From NCBI GenBank assembly GCA_964658305.1, contig OZ210884.1, positions 7,688,001-7,752,000 on the forward strand: a stretch of DNA of 64,000 nucleotides, given 5' to 3'. The DNA is from Leptogorgia sarmentosa (taxonomy: Eukaryota). Position 1 is the stretch's first letter, and each line of letters opens with the position of its first letter. The notes under the pieces are model-generated. The model searched no databases and was not told the origin of the DNA. It worked only from the letters and a program-made list of their open reading frames with translations. The translations under genes and the position numbers were made by a program. Below, in pieces: positions 14,011-28,303 of the stretch.

Positions 14011-17000
14011 TTATAATATCACGCTGATTACTTCAATTGAGCTACTCTCCCACATTGTTATTGCCTCAAAAGTTACGTCAATTCTTTCTTTCCCGACTGT
14101 AACATGCGGTTGGATGTGGTAATCGTCAACACGTAATGAACTGTGGCCATTAATAGCTCTTTGTGGGCAGAACCAGATTCCAGCGTATTTTCCATCAACT
14201 TCCACTTTCGCCTTTTGGTTTGGTACCATAGAGCGATATTCTCTACGCAAAATAACCCCGGCGTTATTTTTCTCAGTTTTAAATGTGTGTGTTACGCGTT
14301 GTTTAACTTTTAGGGACATGATATATTTGTTGAAAAGAATTTCAGGTTGATTTTCAAACGTCGATAGAATTTCGAAAATATGCTCATCATTTGGAGTATA
14401 CCGCACGTTATGTGATGAGGTAGATTTATTCTTCCCATAATCCAGTTTATCTGTCGTTATCCCTCCTGGACCCTTGCGCCCGTAAAACATGACAACACTA
14501 AAGAGTGTAGTATCAGATATTGTCTGATTAAACGACCGAGAACTATTTTCAAAAGATCGTGCAGGGCTGCGGTCCCAACGACCATATGATCCTTCAAGAT
14601 AAATACGAACACCTTTGGTAAATAAAATGGGATCGAAAATCATATGTCGGTACGCATACATGCGCTTTAGTACTCGGCTTTTGTCCCAATAAAGAGGGAC
14701 ACCATTCAGCACATTACTCGTGTTTCGGAGCCCTTTAAATCCATGCGTGTAGCCAAAATAGTCCTCGAGGCCAGTTGAAGAAATTACAGGAGCTGTAGCA
14801 TTTTCTGTCTCGATGATGACATCAATTTCTTGAAAGCCACTCGGGACGTTTGCAATCAAGTTAATGGCGACCACATGTCCCCATTCATTCTCAACATGCA
14901 GAAGAGTTTTATGTTTTATTGAAACGAAATCATACCTGTTTAGTTGCGCGCTAAAATATCCCGTTAAACGTGGATTATATTCCCTTCTATCCATCTGTTT
15001 TGTGTTTATTTGACTGCAAACCACCGCTGAACCAAATCCACGCGGTCGCCTGATTACAATTCGCGCGGAAGTCCAGAAAGGCATTTCGCAATATAAGTGA
15101 GCTACCCAATCAAGTTCTGCAAGGCCCGATAAGTTTATGGCTCCATTTCCACGTGTGCTGCACTTCTTTTTCCGCATTCCCGCCATCAAAGAGTTCACAT
15201 CGCGAAGGTAACCAAGCCCAACCATAAAAAGTCCTGCAAGTGGAATTTCTTTAACTTGGGGTTCTCTTCCATCCCAAATCATTGTAATCAAAATTCTCTC
15301 CCAGTGTTCGGAAATGGCGTAATTTCCTCGATGGCCATCATAGACTCTTAGTAACAAGGACTGGATAATTTGCCCAACATCAGATGCGAATATTGTTACT
15401 TCCTCCCCAGGCCCAACGTTATAACACGTAAGCTCACACTTCGAACCTGAACCGGGTGTGTAGTCTTCTGGTGCGTTCGCCATTGTTGAGACGGCATGGT
15501 TTAAATGGTCAAGATAGTTTTTTCGGGGATTTGACAAACCGAACGGGTAATAATCTTGAAAAGTCGACTTGAGTTGCACGCCGTGGACCAGCTTATTGCT
15601 CGCAATGCCGAAATACACACGGACAGGGCACGGTAATCTTTTCCTTTTACAATTAGTCATTTTTTCCCACATTTCTTTTTCACTTAAAATAGGGCGATCT
15701 ATCAATCTGGCCGTGATACGTAGTGATTTTTGATATGCAATAGGGAATGTCACGTAATAACCGCAATTCCTATTACCTCGGTCAGCACGAAAGAAAGGTT
15801 GCTTCAATGGATAGTTCTTGTCTGGAGTAGTGACAAATGTCGTTGTGTTTTTAAGTACCACCCCATCCACCTTGAATATATGAACATAAATTCAGTTATT
15901 ATGAGAGCCACTGAATATTTGAAGAGAATCAAAATTTTATGATGATAACTATACTTTAGTTGAAATATCGAGTTTTCACGATAGTTCACAACAAGTTTTC
16001 AGAATGTCATCAATTTTAGGAGTGTCGAATATAATGTTTGGTATTTAAAGGTTTTTTTCAAGTTTCTCAGAAAGAACATTGCGTGGAGAACTTTTGGGAA
16101 AGGTTCATAACAAAATGCATGCCATTGGAAAATAACCAAAATACTGCACATAGGCCGTTTTCTTCAATATTCTTTGTGCATGCGAGTTCTCAGAGAATGC
16201 CACTTTAACTAGGGCAGGGCTGCATGAGTTCAAGTCAGATTAACATTGAAATTTTTCTTCATTGCAAGTGGAACAACCATTTCTAATAAATTTCTAATGA
16301 GCTTTGTTATTTTTTTACCTCAAATGTAACAAGCGTTCTGTGTGCAAAGTTAACCCGATGTTCCAATAGAAATCTTTCTACGATGCCGGCTCCGTAATCT
16401 TCGAATAACAACATATCATTTCCACTGTAATTGACTGGGTTAAAGAAATCCCCGTTACCACCAACAGGATCGTAACTTGTGATTTCTGAATATTTTCGTC
16501 CAAATCTTCGTTTTGGAATTTCACTGAAATCAAATTTCCAAGTTGAGTTGTCCGCTACATCTCCTCCAAAAATATGCGCCATGTCTATGAAACAATAACT
16601 CAGATATCAGAATGACTTTTATTTTTTTTCTAAATAAGCAGCGAGCGGAATGCTAGCGTTGTAAGACGGGACGCGTCATGGCTAGACAGGCTCGTATATA
16701 TAAATGGACGAAAAAGGTCAAACTGGCGGCTTGTAATATGGGCTAAATAAATTCCGTCTTATGTAATCAGCGACTTCTTTTATCTTGTTAACTCTCTGTT
16801 CACACGAGCTGCGATTTTCTCCTTTTGATAGATGTGAAGAAGTGCATTAATAACGAATGTGTTGATGAAACGATTGATTGATTTGTAAACGTACTATAGT
16901 TGCGTTTGAAGTAGTTGCGGATTGCGGAAGACACGTCATTCAAATTTCAAAGGATGAATGTAGAGTGTGTGTAAGATTACCTGTGTCCCTTATTGGTTCT

Positions 17001-19052
17001 TCCAGTTTTCGAAGAACAGTTAGGATGTCGGAATCAGAATGCATATATCCTACAGAAAATTAAAAATCTAGAGATAGTTCTTTTAATCGTGACAGAAATA
17101 CGTTAACACAGAGTATATATAAGGAATTCAGTAATGCACAACACGAATATATGAATATGTGCCCCCCCCCCCCCCCCCAATTATCGATCTTCCCCGGCCT
17201 CTGAAAGTGAGTACAACAGTTAGACCTCTGCATGTAATTCCTCTGTGACGTTAATGAGTATTCAGTACAAAAGATATTTAGCTCCAAATTCATAAGTTAA
17301 GAATCGAATGACCAGCTGACAAAAAAAATGTGGTGTAATAATTTTGGGAATCGCAATGGACATGCAGTTATTGAATGTGGCCGAGCAGGATATTAAACAA
17401 CTATTGAATGAGGTCGAGTAGGATATGAGGAATTATTTAGGCCGAGGTTTGTGTTATTTGCGATAGCCGAAGGTTTAAGCAAATAACAAATCAAGACCTC
17501 AATAATTCAGCATATCCTGCGAGAACCGAATTCAATAATGGTTTTAATTTTTATTTGTGTCTTTATCAGAGCGGGTTTGGAATTTAAGTTGACGGGCAAG
17601 TTTGACAAAAGTCGATCCATTAGGAACAGCTTTAAGAGTTATTTTAAGTCTCGATAGACATGTTACCGCTAATTGCCCGTCATTTAGGCGAGAAGTCACG
17701 TGATTGAATACAAGCAATTGAGGCAGAAGTTTGCGTTATCTACCAGGCATGGCGAGTTGTGTTAATAGGTTTTAATAGTCATTATTAAGATAAATTAAAG
17801 TTTAAAAAAATTAATTACTATAATTATCACTGTATGATATAATTATATACATTAGATTGATATATACTTACGTATAGTATACCATAAGGATGTTGGGATA
17901 GATGATTGCATCACCATTACGTATACGGAGATAGTCAGAATGACAAATATAGACAGAATGAGAAAACCCTAACATGAAAGAAAAATTTCCTATGTGATAT
18001 AAGTATTAGCCAGGTTCATAATTGACCAGTGGCCCACTAAACCGGAGGGGGGGAGGGGTGCTGGAGGGCATATCTATATATTCGTACGTGTTTTGCATAA
18101 ATAATTTCTTCTGAAATCGCGATTGTTTTTATAGTATGTGAACATGAATATATGAAAATGCCTCCCCCACTTATCGAGTATAATAACGCCACTGGATCGG
18201 ACTTCGACTACCCTTACCATTAGTGAAGATGAACCAATCGGATGCGTTAAGTTTATCTGATTAACCAATCACATACACAATAGGTCAGCGAAAATTAACG
18301 GCTGTGGCGAGTGGAAGTCAAATCTGAACCAGGCTATTGCGCGTATGTGTCAGTATTAATATTTAACCTTGGCGTTAATTTTACGGTCGAATTTCAAATT
18401 TTCCAAGAGATCGACTAAGCACTTTTTTACAGAAAATATAAAGTGTTGGTAAATATACGTAATTAATTCGGATTCATTTATGCTATATTTGCTCCAAAGA
18501 CCCCAATTACACGATGCTGGATTCAGATCGGAGCGACTTCAATTTCGGAGGATATCCAGTCTTCTCTGCTCCGGAACTTTTTGTATTTTTTAGCGCCATA
18601 ATCCACTTTGAAATAGCAAATTTGAAGTCGCTCCGATAGTAATCCAGTATCGAGTAACTGATGCCTAAGGCCTGTTTTAGACGTCGAGTTTCCGTCGCAT
18701 CGAATGCAATTCAAACAATGGATAATGAGATAACTATGCAATTCGACGTCTAAAACGGGATAGGAACAATCACATGTGATTCACATATGATTCACATGTG
18801 AGCCACATGTGAACTGAAACACATGTAAAAATCCACATGTGAAACACATGTAAATCACATGTGAATCATATCCAATTCCACATGTGAACCTCATTGTTTC
18901 ACATGTGGGTTTTTTCATGTGTATTTTTCGTAAGGGGTAATATTTTCTTTTTAATGGCAATAATTCAAATATTTTTGTTCAATTTTACTTAAAAACTTGA
19001 TCTATACCTTTTTAATTCGTGTTGTTGAACCACAGGCACACGTGGACGCCAT
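14011..19052 (-). CDS. DUF2961 / GH172-like glycoside hydrolase, type II membrane-anchored, copy 1 (778 aa)
   Basis: Exons 19052-19008 (MASTCACGSTTRIKK), 17968-17872 (GFLILSIFVILTISVYVMVM..., hydrophobic anchor), 17049-16981, 16584-16319 and 15870-14011; all GT-AG, total 2337 nt in frame. DUF2961-like motifs: TSYDPVGGNGD, FEDYGAGIVERF, ITMIWDG...PLAGLF, MPFWTSARI, GYFSA, QEID...STGLEDYF, YRHMIFDPILFTKG, and C-terminal NAGVILRR...QKAKVEVDGKYAGIW. Confidence 0.85.
18669..18759. mobile_element. Small MITE-like element (PIF/Harbinger-type termini) in intron 1 of DUF2961 copy 1
   Basis: Inverted ends GGCCTGTTTTAGACGTCGA ... TCGACGTCTAAAACGGG; absent at the equivalent site of copy 3 (~36875). Confidence 0.55.
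18770..18936. repeat. CACATGTG(A)-rich tandem/palindromic repeat element
   Basis: About ten degenerate CACATGTG(A) units; absent from the paralogous intron of copy 3. Confidence 0.7.
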
Positions 19053-19264
19053 TCCCTACAAAAAAAGACTCCCCATGTTTAGTGATTTATTGTATGGCCT
19101 AGTTTTCAAAATTTCTGTTACTTGGGGGAATTCGTCGCTCGATTCAAAATCGCCGCTTTTGTCGGGAACGTATAGCTACATTTTGCTTATCGATTTCATC
19201 CATTATTCAATTTCCAATGAATGATAAACGTTTCCCTTTTAAACAAAGATTGCAATGTCAATCC

Positions 19265-20239
19265 CAAGGGCGTCAATCCTGGGGGGGATGGGGGGATGGG
19301 GGGACGCGTCCCCCCCACTTTTTGAAGTGGGGGGGACGAATATCTAATTATCCCCCCCACTTTTTATCATATGGAAAAAAAATGTTTTTTGGCAATCTTA
19401 AAACCCCATGCCTGTATGCTATATATCGTGAATTATGAAGTTCAATCAACAATCTGAGATCAGAAGAAAACTATTCGGAGCCTTCGAATAGTTCTGCGAA
19501 TGAAATCCTAATTGGAAAAGCAATAAACGGACCTCAGCCACGTACACACGTTCAAATTTGCTTTTGTTTTTATTGATCATTGTATGTACAATGATCAAAT
19601 CATTTCATTTGCGATTCAAATCTTTATTTTATTTATTAAAATAATACGTGTTCAAATAATACACATGCATTCGACATCGACAAAAAATTCTCATAATTTA
19701 GGCAAGAAATTCGGCGCAATAATTTTAGTAAAACTCGTCCCCAGAACGCTGAAAATGGCATTTGTGCATGAGGTTTCAAATTTTAAAATGTTTCGGGGAG
19801 CATGCCCCCAGACCCTTCTAGAAAGGGCACGTTTCATTACTATTTTACAACAGACAGATTTTGCCCCCCCCATAAGCGTACGAGGCGGGGGACAAGGGGG
19901 GCAACCCCCAATAAATTCAAATCGGGAAATTCGGGCACCAATTTTGAGCATAATTCGCGCAAAAATTTGAGGAGTAAGGTAATGTTAACAATCCTCCAGT
20001 CGTTCACCTGAACGAGCGTACCAAGAAAGTGGAGTTGGGACTCTGAAATCGCCGTTTCCGGCAATCCAGAGGTTGTAAAAGTTCAAAAATTTCTCGCTCG
20101 GCGCCAACCATGGTGGCGCCTCGTGATATTCACCACCCTCAAATTCGGGCAAAGATCTTTCTGCCCCCCTCCCCCCTGAAAAAATGTAGCCCTTACGCTT
20201 ATGGTCCCCCCCACTTTTTGGGACGGATTGACGCCCTTG
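19265..20239. mobile_element. Non-autonomous DNA transposon (~975 bp, hAT-like MITE)
   Basis: Perfect 15-bp TIR CAAGGGCGTCAATCC ... GGATTGACGCCCTTG, GC-rich subterminal runs and a degenerate flanking duplication (TCAATCC core). The empty site is present in the paralogous regions at ~29105 and ~37680. Confidence 0.85.
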
Positions 20240-21055
20240 GACTCAATCCAACTACAATTGTCTCGAATACTTTTATGCAAACTATTAATTTAACCAGTAA
20301 TAGTATGATCGTGCAATTTTGAAACATACACCATAGGCAGCCCAGTCATCTGGGGTTTTATTTATGTTATTTCATCATATTATTATAATTATTATACTAT
20401 TTATTACATACGCGAGTGACCGTATTGTCGGCGCACGCATATAAACAACTACCTATGCATACACTCGTGAGTTTTCCAAAGACCTCGAATAGCTCTCGTC
20501 CTTCGGACTCGTGCTATTTTGAGGTCTTTTGAAAACTCACTCGTGCATGTTAATTCCAAATTGCACTCGAAACCAATCTAATGAAACCATTACCTACACT
20601 AATCATATACGTACTCGAAAAAAGTACTGAACTGTATTTTTGAGTTAATCATTATAATCATTATAATTCTATTTCAGAACCATCCTCAGAGATATTAAAA
20701 ACTAGATTCATATTAATATCTAACTAGAATTATACAATATCGCTTTATAAACAGGTAAACTTCATGGTAAATGTATAGGGCTAACTATGTGAATCGACTA
20801 TCACTTTGGTAGCAATTTAGGTGTGTAGAATTTTCATGAAGTAAATACACAGGTTTTCTTTAATATCCCTATATCAACCGGCAAATGCACACAAAAGCAT
20901 TTTACTTAATTGTTATTTCAAGGATATACTTACTGCTGATTAGAAAGTTGAGCCGTTTAGACCTATTCTTAATAAACCTACCTATACCTACTTACCTATT
21001 CTCGATCGTGTAAAAAAAAACCTAAACATATGCAGCCAAACATATACATACTCAC

Positions 21056-21171
21056 AAATCGATCACTCTTTTGTGCAGTGTTGTTCACTTGATGATGTTC
21101 AACAACAATATTTCGATAGCTCTGTAATTTGTATTGATTTGATGTTGCGTTCGTTACACATGCATGGTCAA
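21056..21171 (-). other. Putative non-coding 5'UTR exon module, repeated six times
   Basis: Flanked on the minus strand by acceptor gtatttcag and donor gtgagtatg. Near-identical copies at ~22850-22971, 28607-28723, 29680-29796, ~38238-38353 and 40222-40338. Confidence 0.5.
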
Positions 21172-24100
21172 CTGAAATACCACGCTGGGCCCCTTGGCAT
21201 GCACTTTGCTGTGAAATTTAAATAATCTGAATTTTATATCAATTATGATGGGATGTGGGAAACGATATATATACGAGTTAGCGAACTGTTGAGTTGAGAA
21301 ACATGTTAAGGATAAATCTGCTTCGACTTGCCACGAAATGTGGCACGAAGATCCTAAAATAGACAGAACTTATGTAAAGCATAGTTTAATTAAGGTCTAG
21401 TTAATTGTCAGTTACATTTTGAACCTATGATCCTATGATAAAGAAATAATACCCCGCTGGGCCCCTTGGCATGCACTTTGCTGTGAAATTTAAATAATCT
21501 GAATTTTATATCAATTATGATGGGATGTGGGAAACGAGGTTTACACGAGTTAACGAAGTGTTGAATTGAGCAACATATGTTAAGGATAAATCTGCTTCAA
21601 CTTGCCACGAAATGTGGACGAAAATACTAAAATAGACAGAACTGCTGTAAGGCCTAGTTTCCATGTTTGTTTGAGTGCTTAGCGACTATAAACAACCAAA
21701 GATAACAGAGTCGCCAGGCAGCAGTGTATAGTTGAAGTAGGCTTTATTGTATTCCTCATATTTGCCATTTTTTGCAAATACCAACCGATCAAAGAACACT
21801 CAATGGACAATAAATCTGATCATGAAGTTTTTATCCATATCACATGCGAACACTTTCAACACATCAAATCTATTTTAGAACTGCATCCTAACGAAGAAAA
21901 TAACCCGACTCAAACTTGTAGCTATATTTTCAGAATTTATATTTACTAACTCTAAGATTATAGACAGATCTGACCATTGGTCGTTATTACTCTTTAAAGA
22001 ATCACTTTCCATTCGACGCTTTAACCTGAACTAAATCACGGAGCTAAGGCATCAAAAGAACTTACAATATTTAATTAATCTCCTGTGCATATATATATAA
22101 TTATATATATTTATAATATAAGTTGGGTAAAATCTCCAACGTGATTGGCTAATGAGCGTGCATTATAACAGCGTAATGCACGCATCTAGCTATTAAATTT
22201 CTCCCGCGACTCTTTGGTTTGATAAAAAGACAATAAAAATACATATATACTAAAAATACATCCATAATTTTTATCGCTTGAATTGTTTGCTTTCGCTCAG
22301 CTAAAGGAATAAAGCTGTGTTGCTGCTTGGCAACATTTGAGAACACGCTTGATTACATGTAAAGAGAATTGTAATTTTGATCTTCCTAACGAAGTTATTT
22401 GTTGCGCTAATATTCTCTTATATTATAAAAGAAATAGAAAAACTCGTCGCGTGCCATTATGCTGTTGAAATTGCACTCCGGCAATGTTGTGAGAATACTC
22501 GGCTACGCCTCGTGTTTTACGCGATTCTCTCGTATTCTCCCAACATTTCCCTCGTGCATTATAACAGCATAATGGCACGCGACTCGTTATCTATTTCTTA
22601 AATATCAAATTACTTAATCTTCACAATATATATCGATGTAATGTAACCTAGCATCATTCCTGATGATGACTGAATCTTAGTCGAAATATAAGATAGAATA
22701 TTAAAATGTTTATTTTCGGAGTTACAGTTGTTTTATATTTTATTAAAATACTCAGTGGTTCCCGTAATTTTTAGACCTATATTCTCGGTCATGTAAAACA
22801 AAACTCCTAAACATATGCAGCCAAACCAAACATATACATACTCACTCACAAATCGATCGCTCTTTTATGCAGTCTTGTTCACTTGATGATGTTCAACAAC
22901 AATATTTCGATAGCTCTGTAATTTGTATTGATTTGATGTTGTGTTGAGTTCGTTACACATACATGATCAAACTGAAAGTACTCTCACAGTTGGATGCCAT
23001 TGCTGGCATGCACTTCACTGTGAAATTTAATTTGGGATGTGGGAAACGGAAAAGAGGTATATATTGAGCAACATGTTAAAGATAAATCTGCTTCAACTTA
23101 CCACGAAATGTGGCATACACGAAAATACTAAAATAGACAGAACTGCTGTAAGGCCTAGTTTCCATGAATAGGCCATAGGTTGCAAGCTCTCGACCGCGTT
23201 TGTTTGAGTGCTTAGCGACTATATAAACAACCAAAAATAACAGAGTCGCCAGTCGGTAGTGTATGGTTGAAATATGCTTTATTGTATTCCTGAGATTTGT
23301 GATTTTTTGCAAATAGCTACCAAGCGACGTTTTTGACAACACACGCACGTCAATCAGGAGTCAATCGAGCTGTTTATTGGCTATAATGGCTTGATTCATT
23401 TCCAGTTGGCGTTTGTGTAGCAAAAACGTCGCTTGCTGAAGCTCGCTAATAAGCATGGGATTGGACCTGACAGGAACAAAATTGAACCCGCGAATGCAAG
23501 GAGCTTTCAATGCAAATTGTCTGTTACATTTTGAACCTATGATCCTACGATAAAGAAATTTTCAACTCTTTTGTCCGGTGGTTTGGATAATAAGTGATGG
23601 TGAAGAGTCCGGTCAGATTACCGTTTGTATGTCTGCATGGGCTTTACTGAACTCAAATAGAGATCCGCAAACAGATTGTTTCCGAGTTTCAATGAAGATT
23701 TTTCTACAAGCGTCAGCTCTTCTTCTTGTTCGAATGCGGTGCAAGCGGGTGACAGGCACCCTGTTGCCCAACACTAATATATTTGCATATTCAAATGATT
23801 TTTTAAACTAAAATATGCAACTGTGCATTATATACGTGGCATTTTAACAAGTGTATACACGTTTGGCATCGTATTTGTTTTCGCGATGAAGTTTCGTTTG
23901 GGGAGATGGACGCTAAAGTTATGTACTGTTTGCCTCAAAAAGGTGCCACCACAGCCTGTTTCATCCAAGAGGAATCATCAGGTGGCTGACAAAAGTCGAA
24001 AAGTTTGCTGCTTAAATAGTTTAAATGTTTACTGTCGGAAACGTGGGCGTGTGGGCGTCAAATAATGCATGCATCCTTCCATTTTTAGAATGAAACTATT

Positions 24101-24406
24101 TCTGATTTTTTATTTAGCAAATGTTGTTTGTTTTTATCTTTCAAAATACAAAGCTTTTCTTCAAAACATACATTACATCTTTTTGTTCCTCCCGTATACG
24201 AAATACACAGTTTAATTATTGACCAAGTAATGTCGAAATCTATCTTATTATCTTCTAGTATCTTCAGTTTGGAATCCTTCAGTAATTCTCAAATTAAAAC
24301 GTTAGAAAGTGAGCGCAAGTCGTCCATTGATTAATAACAATTGAGTAAAAGAAAACAATTACTCCAAAACTAATATAAAAACTTATCACTTTCTACCTGT
24401 GACAAT

Positions 24407-27400
24407 TTATAATATCACGCTGATTACTTCAATTGAGCTACTCTCCCACATTGTTATTGCCTCAAAAGTTACGTCAATTCTTTCTTTCCCGACTGTAACA
24501 TGCGGTTGGATGTGGTAATCGTGAACACGTAATGAACTGCGGCCATTAATAGCTCTTTGTGGGCAGAACCAGATTCCAGCGTATTTTCCATCAACTTCCA
24601 CTTTCGCCTTTTGGTTTGGTACCATAGAGCGATATTCTCTACGCAAAATAACCCCGGCGTTATTTTTCTCAGTTTTAAATGTGTGTGTTACGCGTTGTTT
24701 AATTTTCAGGGACATGATATATTTGTTGAAAAGAATTTCAGGTTGATTTTCAAACGTCGATAGAATTTCGAAAATGTGCTCATCATTTGGAGTATACCGC
24801 ACGTTATGTGAAGAGGTAGATTTATTCTTCCCATAATCCAGTTTATCTGTCGTTATCCCTCCTGGACCCTTGCGCCCGTAAAACATGGCAACACTAAAGA
24901 CTGTAGTATCAGATATTGTCTGATTAAACGACGGAGAACTAGTTTCAAAAGATCGTGGAGGGCTGTGGTTTGTACGACCAGCTGATCCTTCAAGATAAAT
25001 ACGAACACCTTTGGTAAATAAAATGGGATCGAAAATCATATGTCGGTACATGTACATATAATGTCTTTCCCTGTTTTTGTCCCAATAAAAAGGGACACCA
25101 TTCAGCACATTACTCGTGTTTCGGAGCCCTTTAAATCCATGCGTGTAGCCAAAATAGTCCTCGAGGCCAGTTGAAGAAATTACAGGAGCTGTAGCATTGT
25201 CTGTCTCGATGATTATATCTTTTTCTTGAAAGCCACTCGGGGCATTTGCAATCAGGTTAATGGCGACCACATGTCCCCATTCATTTTCGATGTGCAGGAA
25301 CGTCTTATGTTGTCTTGAAATGGAATGATAGCAATTTAGCTGCGCGCTAAAATATCCCGTTGAGCGTGGATTATATTCAATGGTATCCATCTGTTTTGTG
25401 TTTATCTGACTGCAAACCACCGCTGAACCAAATCCACGCGGTCGCTCGATTACAATTCGCGCGGAAGTCCAGAAAGGCATTTCGTAATATAAGTGAGCTA
25501 CCCAATCAAATTCCGGAAGGCCCGATAAGTTTATGGCTCCATTTCCACGTGTGCTGCACTTCTTTTTCCGCATTCCCGCCATCAAAGAGTTCACATCGCG
25601 AAGGTAACCAAGCCCAACCATAAAAAGTCCTGCAAGTGGAATTTCTTTAACTTGGGGTTCTCTTCCATCCCAAATCATTGTAATCAAAATTCTCTCCCAG
25701 TGTTCGGAAATGGCGTAATTTCCACGATGGCCATCATACACTCTTAGTAACAAGGATTGGATAATTTGCCCAACATCAGATGCGAATATTGTTACTTCCT
25801 CCCCAGGCCCAACGTTATAACACGTAAGCTCACAGTTCGAACCTGAACCGGGTGTGTAGTCTTCTGGTGCGTTCGCCATTGTTGAGACGGCATGGTTTAT
25901 ATGGTCAAGATAGTTTTTTCGCTGATTTGACAAATCGAACGGGTAATAATCCTGAAAAGTCGACTTGAGTTGCACGCCGTGGACCAGCTTATTGCTGGCA
26001 ATGCCGAAATACACACGGACAGGGCAACGCCATCTTTCCAATGACGATTTGCAGTCAGTCATTTTTTCCCAGATTTCCTTTTCACTTAAAATAGGACGAT
26101 TTATTAATCTGGCCGTGATACGTAGTGATTTTTCATATGCAATAGGGAATGTCACGTAATAACCGCAATTCAAATCACCTCGGTCAGGACGAAAGAAAGG
26201 TTGCTTCAATGGATAGTTCTTGTCTGGAGTAGTGACAAATGTCGTTGTGTTTTTAAGTACCACCCCATCCACCTTGAATGAAAATATATTCAGTTATTAC
26301 GAGAACATCTAGATATTCAATTGTTATCCCTATTTTCAGTATACCGATATATTATTTTTATTTACTCTTACTTCTTGAAGTTTCCTGGAGTTTTGTGGAT
26401 AAAAGGCATGATCGAAGGTAGGTTATGCAAATACTGCATTGTGGACCCTTTTGTTCATTAACAGTTTACTGTGCGAGTATATACACAGAGGAAGCCATAC
26501 TTACTACTTAACGTAAGTTCAATTAGGTTTTGTATACCTCGAATACAACAAACGTGCTATGTAGAGGGTTTGCTCGATGTTCCAGAAGAAATCTTTCCAC
26601 AATCCCGGCACCATAATCTTCGAATAACAACATATCATTTCCACTGTAATTGACTGGGTTGAAGAAATCCATGTTACGACCATCAGGATCATAACTTGTC
26701 ATTTCTGAATATTTTCGTCCAAATCTTCGTTTTGAAATTGCACTGAAATCAAATTTCCAAGTTGAGTTATCCGCTACATCTCCTCCAAATATATGCGCCA
26801 TGTCTATCAAACAACAAATCAGATATCAGAATGGGGTTTTATGGTGGCATTCTCTCGGCTATAGTTCAGAAGTCAAAATAACTCTTCTCCGAAGTCTTTC
26901 GACACCACAATAGACTAGCTTTAATTTTAGAAAGGTCAAATTTGACCCATCTCTGAGTAGAATAAAATTCTTTGAGGATTTAAAACTACTCACTGAAAGG
27001 AGTACAATCGATCATTTCGAAGATTAAGCACCGAAGGGACTGAAACAACCCTTTTAAAAAGGTAGCCCTTAAGTAAAAAAACTTCTCCTTTGAAAGAGTC
27101 AAAACAACTCGGTCAGTAAGGGTGTCAAAGCCTGTAGGCTGAAGTAGCTTCGTACGAAAACGGCTTTCAAAAGTGAAAAAACGCTGTGTGCATGTGTAGG
27201 ACTACCTGTATCCTTTATTGGTTCGTCCAGTTTTCGGAGAACAGTTACAATGTCGGAATCTAAGTTCATGTACCCTACAGAAAATAAAATATCTGCATGG
27301 TAACAAAGGATTAAAAATTAGATTCGTATTAATCTGATATTGGGGAAGAACAACGAAAAATTCGCTGTCTCGAGCGGGATTTGAACTCGCATCTTCGGGA

Positions 27401-28303
27401 ATCTAGACGGCGCCGCTCTACCAATCGAGTCTTATCCTATTTAAGTGCATGAAATATTTTGTAACAAAGGATATTTTGGTTACAGTTCAGAAGACTGATG
27501 CAATGGCTCGAATTGAGGTTTGCGTTATCTGCCAAAACCAATGACATGTGAATTTTTCCTAAGATTCGAGCTTTTTCGACCAATCAGATTGCATGCTGGA
27601 AATTTTCTACTCGCTTCAAACTGATTTATACTAAACTTACGTATGGTATACCAGAACGATCTTGGGATATTTGACTGCATCACCATTAGGGAGATAGTCA
27701 GAAAGACAAATATAGAGATAATGAAAAAACCCTACAAGGAAAAAAAATTCCTATAGCTACGTGTTAAAAAGTAAACGCAGCTCCTATAGCAAATGTATTG
27801 CAAATGTGTCAGTATTGATGTTTGATCTTGATGTTAATTGATAGGTCGTCATTAATCTGTGTTACCAGACCACGTGCCAACTGTACGTGTGTATGCACAA
27901 AATTTTTTATATGACAAGTTTTTATGTGACAAGTTTTTCTTGCCCGTCTGTACAAGTCAACAATTTTACTTTGGCAACTTTTCTTTGTTGACCGTACAGA
28001 CGGACAACATTTTTACTTTGCCAATTTTTTCTATGACAAGTGCATGCAAAGTAAACTTGTCATAGAAAACTTGCTCGTCTGTAAGGGGCTTTAATTTGAA
28101 AATGTTTATCAGAAATTTTGTCAGGATCAATGAGAGATTTCTTCTTTGAAGTTTCGAAGTATAAACAGACATGCAAAAATACACAAACTAAAACCCTGCA
28201 TTAGCCTTAACCTGCCTTTGAACAACCGACCTTTCACTAAGTCTATAATGATCTATACCTTTTTAATTTGCTTTGTTGAACCAAATCCACATGTGGACGC
28301 CAT
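24407..28303 (-). CDS. DUF2961 / GH172-like glycoside hydrolase, type II membrane-anchored, copy 2 (778 aa)
   Basis: Exons 28303-28259 (MASTCGFGSTKQIKK), 27731-27641 (GFFIISIFVFLTISLMVM...), 27274-27206, 26803-26538 and 26272-24407; 2337 nt in frame. Same motifs as copy 1 (QEKD...STGLEDYF). Confidence 0.85.
27361..27431 (-). mobile_element. tRNA-derived SINE head or tRNA pseudogene in intron 2 of DUF2961 copy 2
   Basis: Minus strand GACTCGATTGGTAGAGCGGCGCCGTCTAGATTCCCGAAGATGCGAGTTCAAATCCCGCTCGAGAC: D-arm/A-box (TTGGTAGAGC) and T-arm/B-box (GAGTTCAAATCC) present, no intact acceptor stem. Absent from the other paralogs. Confidence 0.6.

Noticed and set aside
14011..15870. Reading the 619-621 aa ORFs as intronless prokaryotic genes with GTG starts, or as bacterial contamination
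   Set aside because: Each GTG follows a splice acceptor (ttcaag|GTG), and four upstream exons join in frame in all three copies.
19584..20322. Cluster of overlapping 65-128 aa ORFs
   Set aside because: They lie inside a GC-rich MITE and show no transposase or other motif.
27361..27431. Functional tRNA gene
   Set aside because: Acceptor and anticodon stems do not pair properly; better explained as a SINE head or pseudogene.
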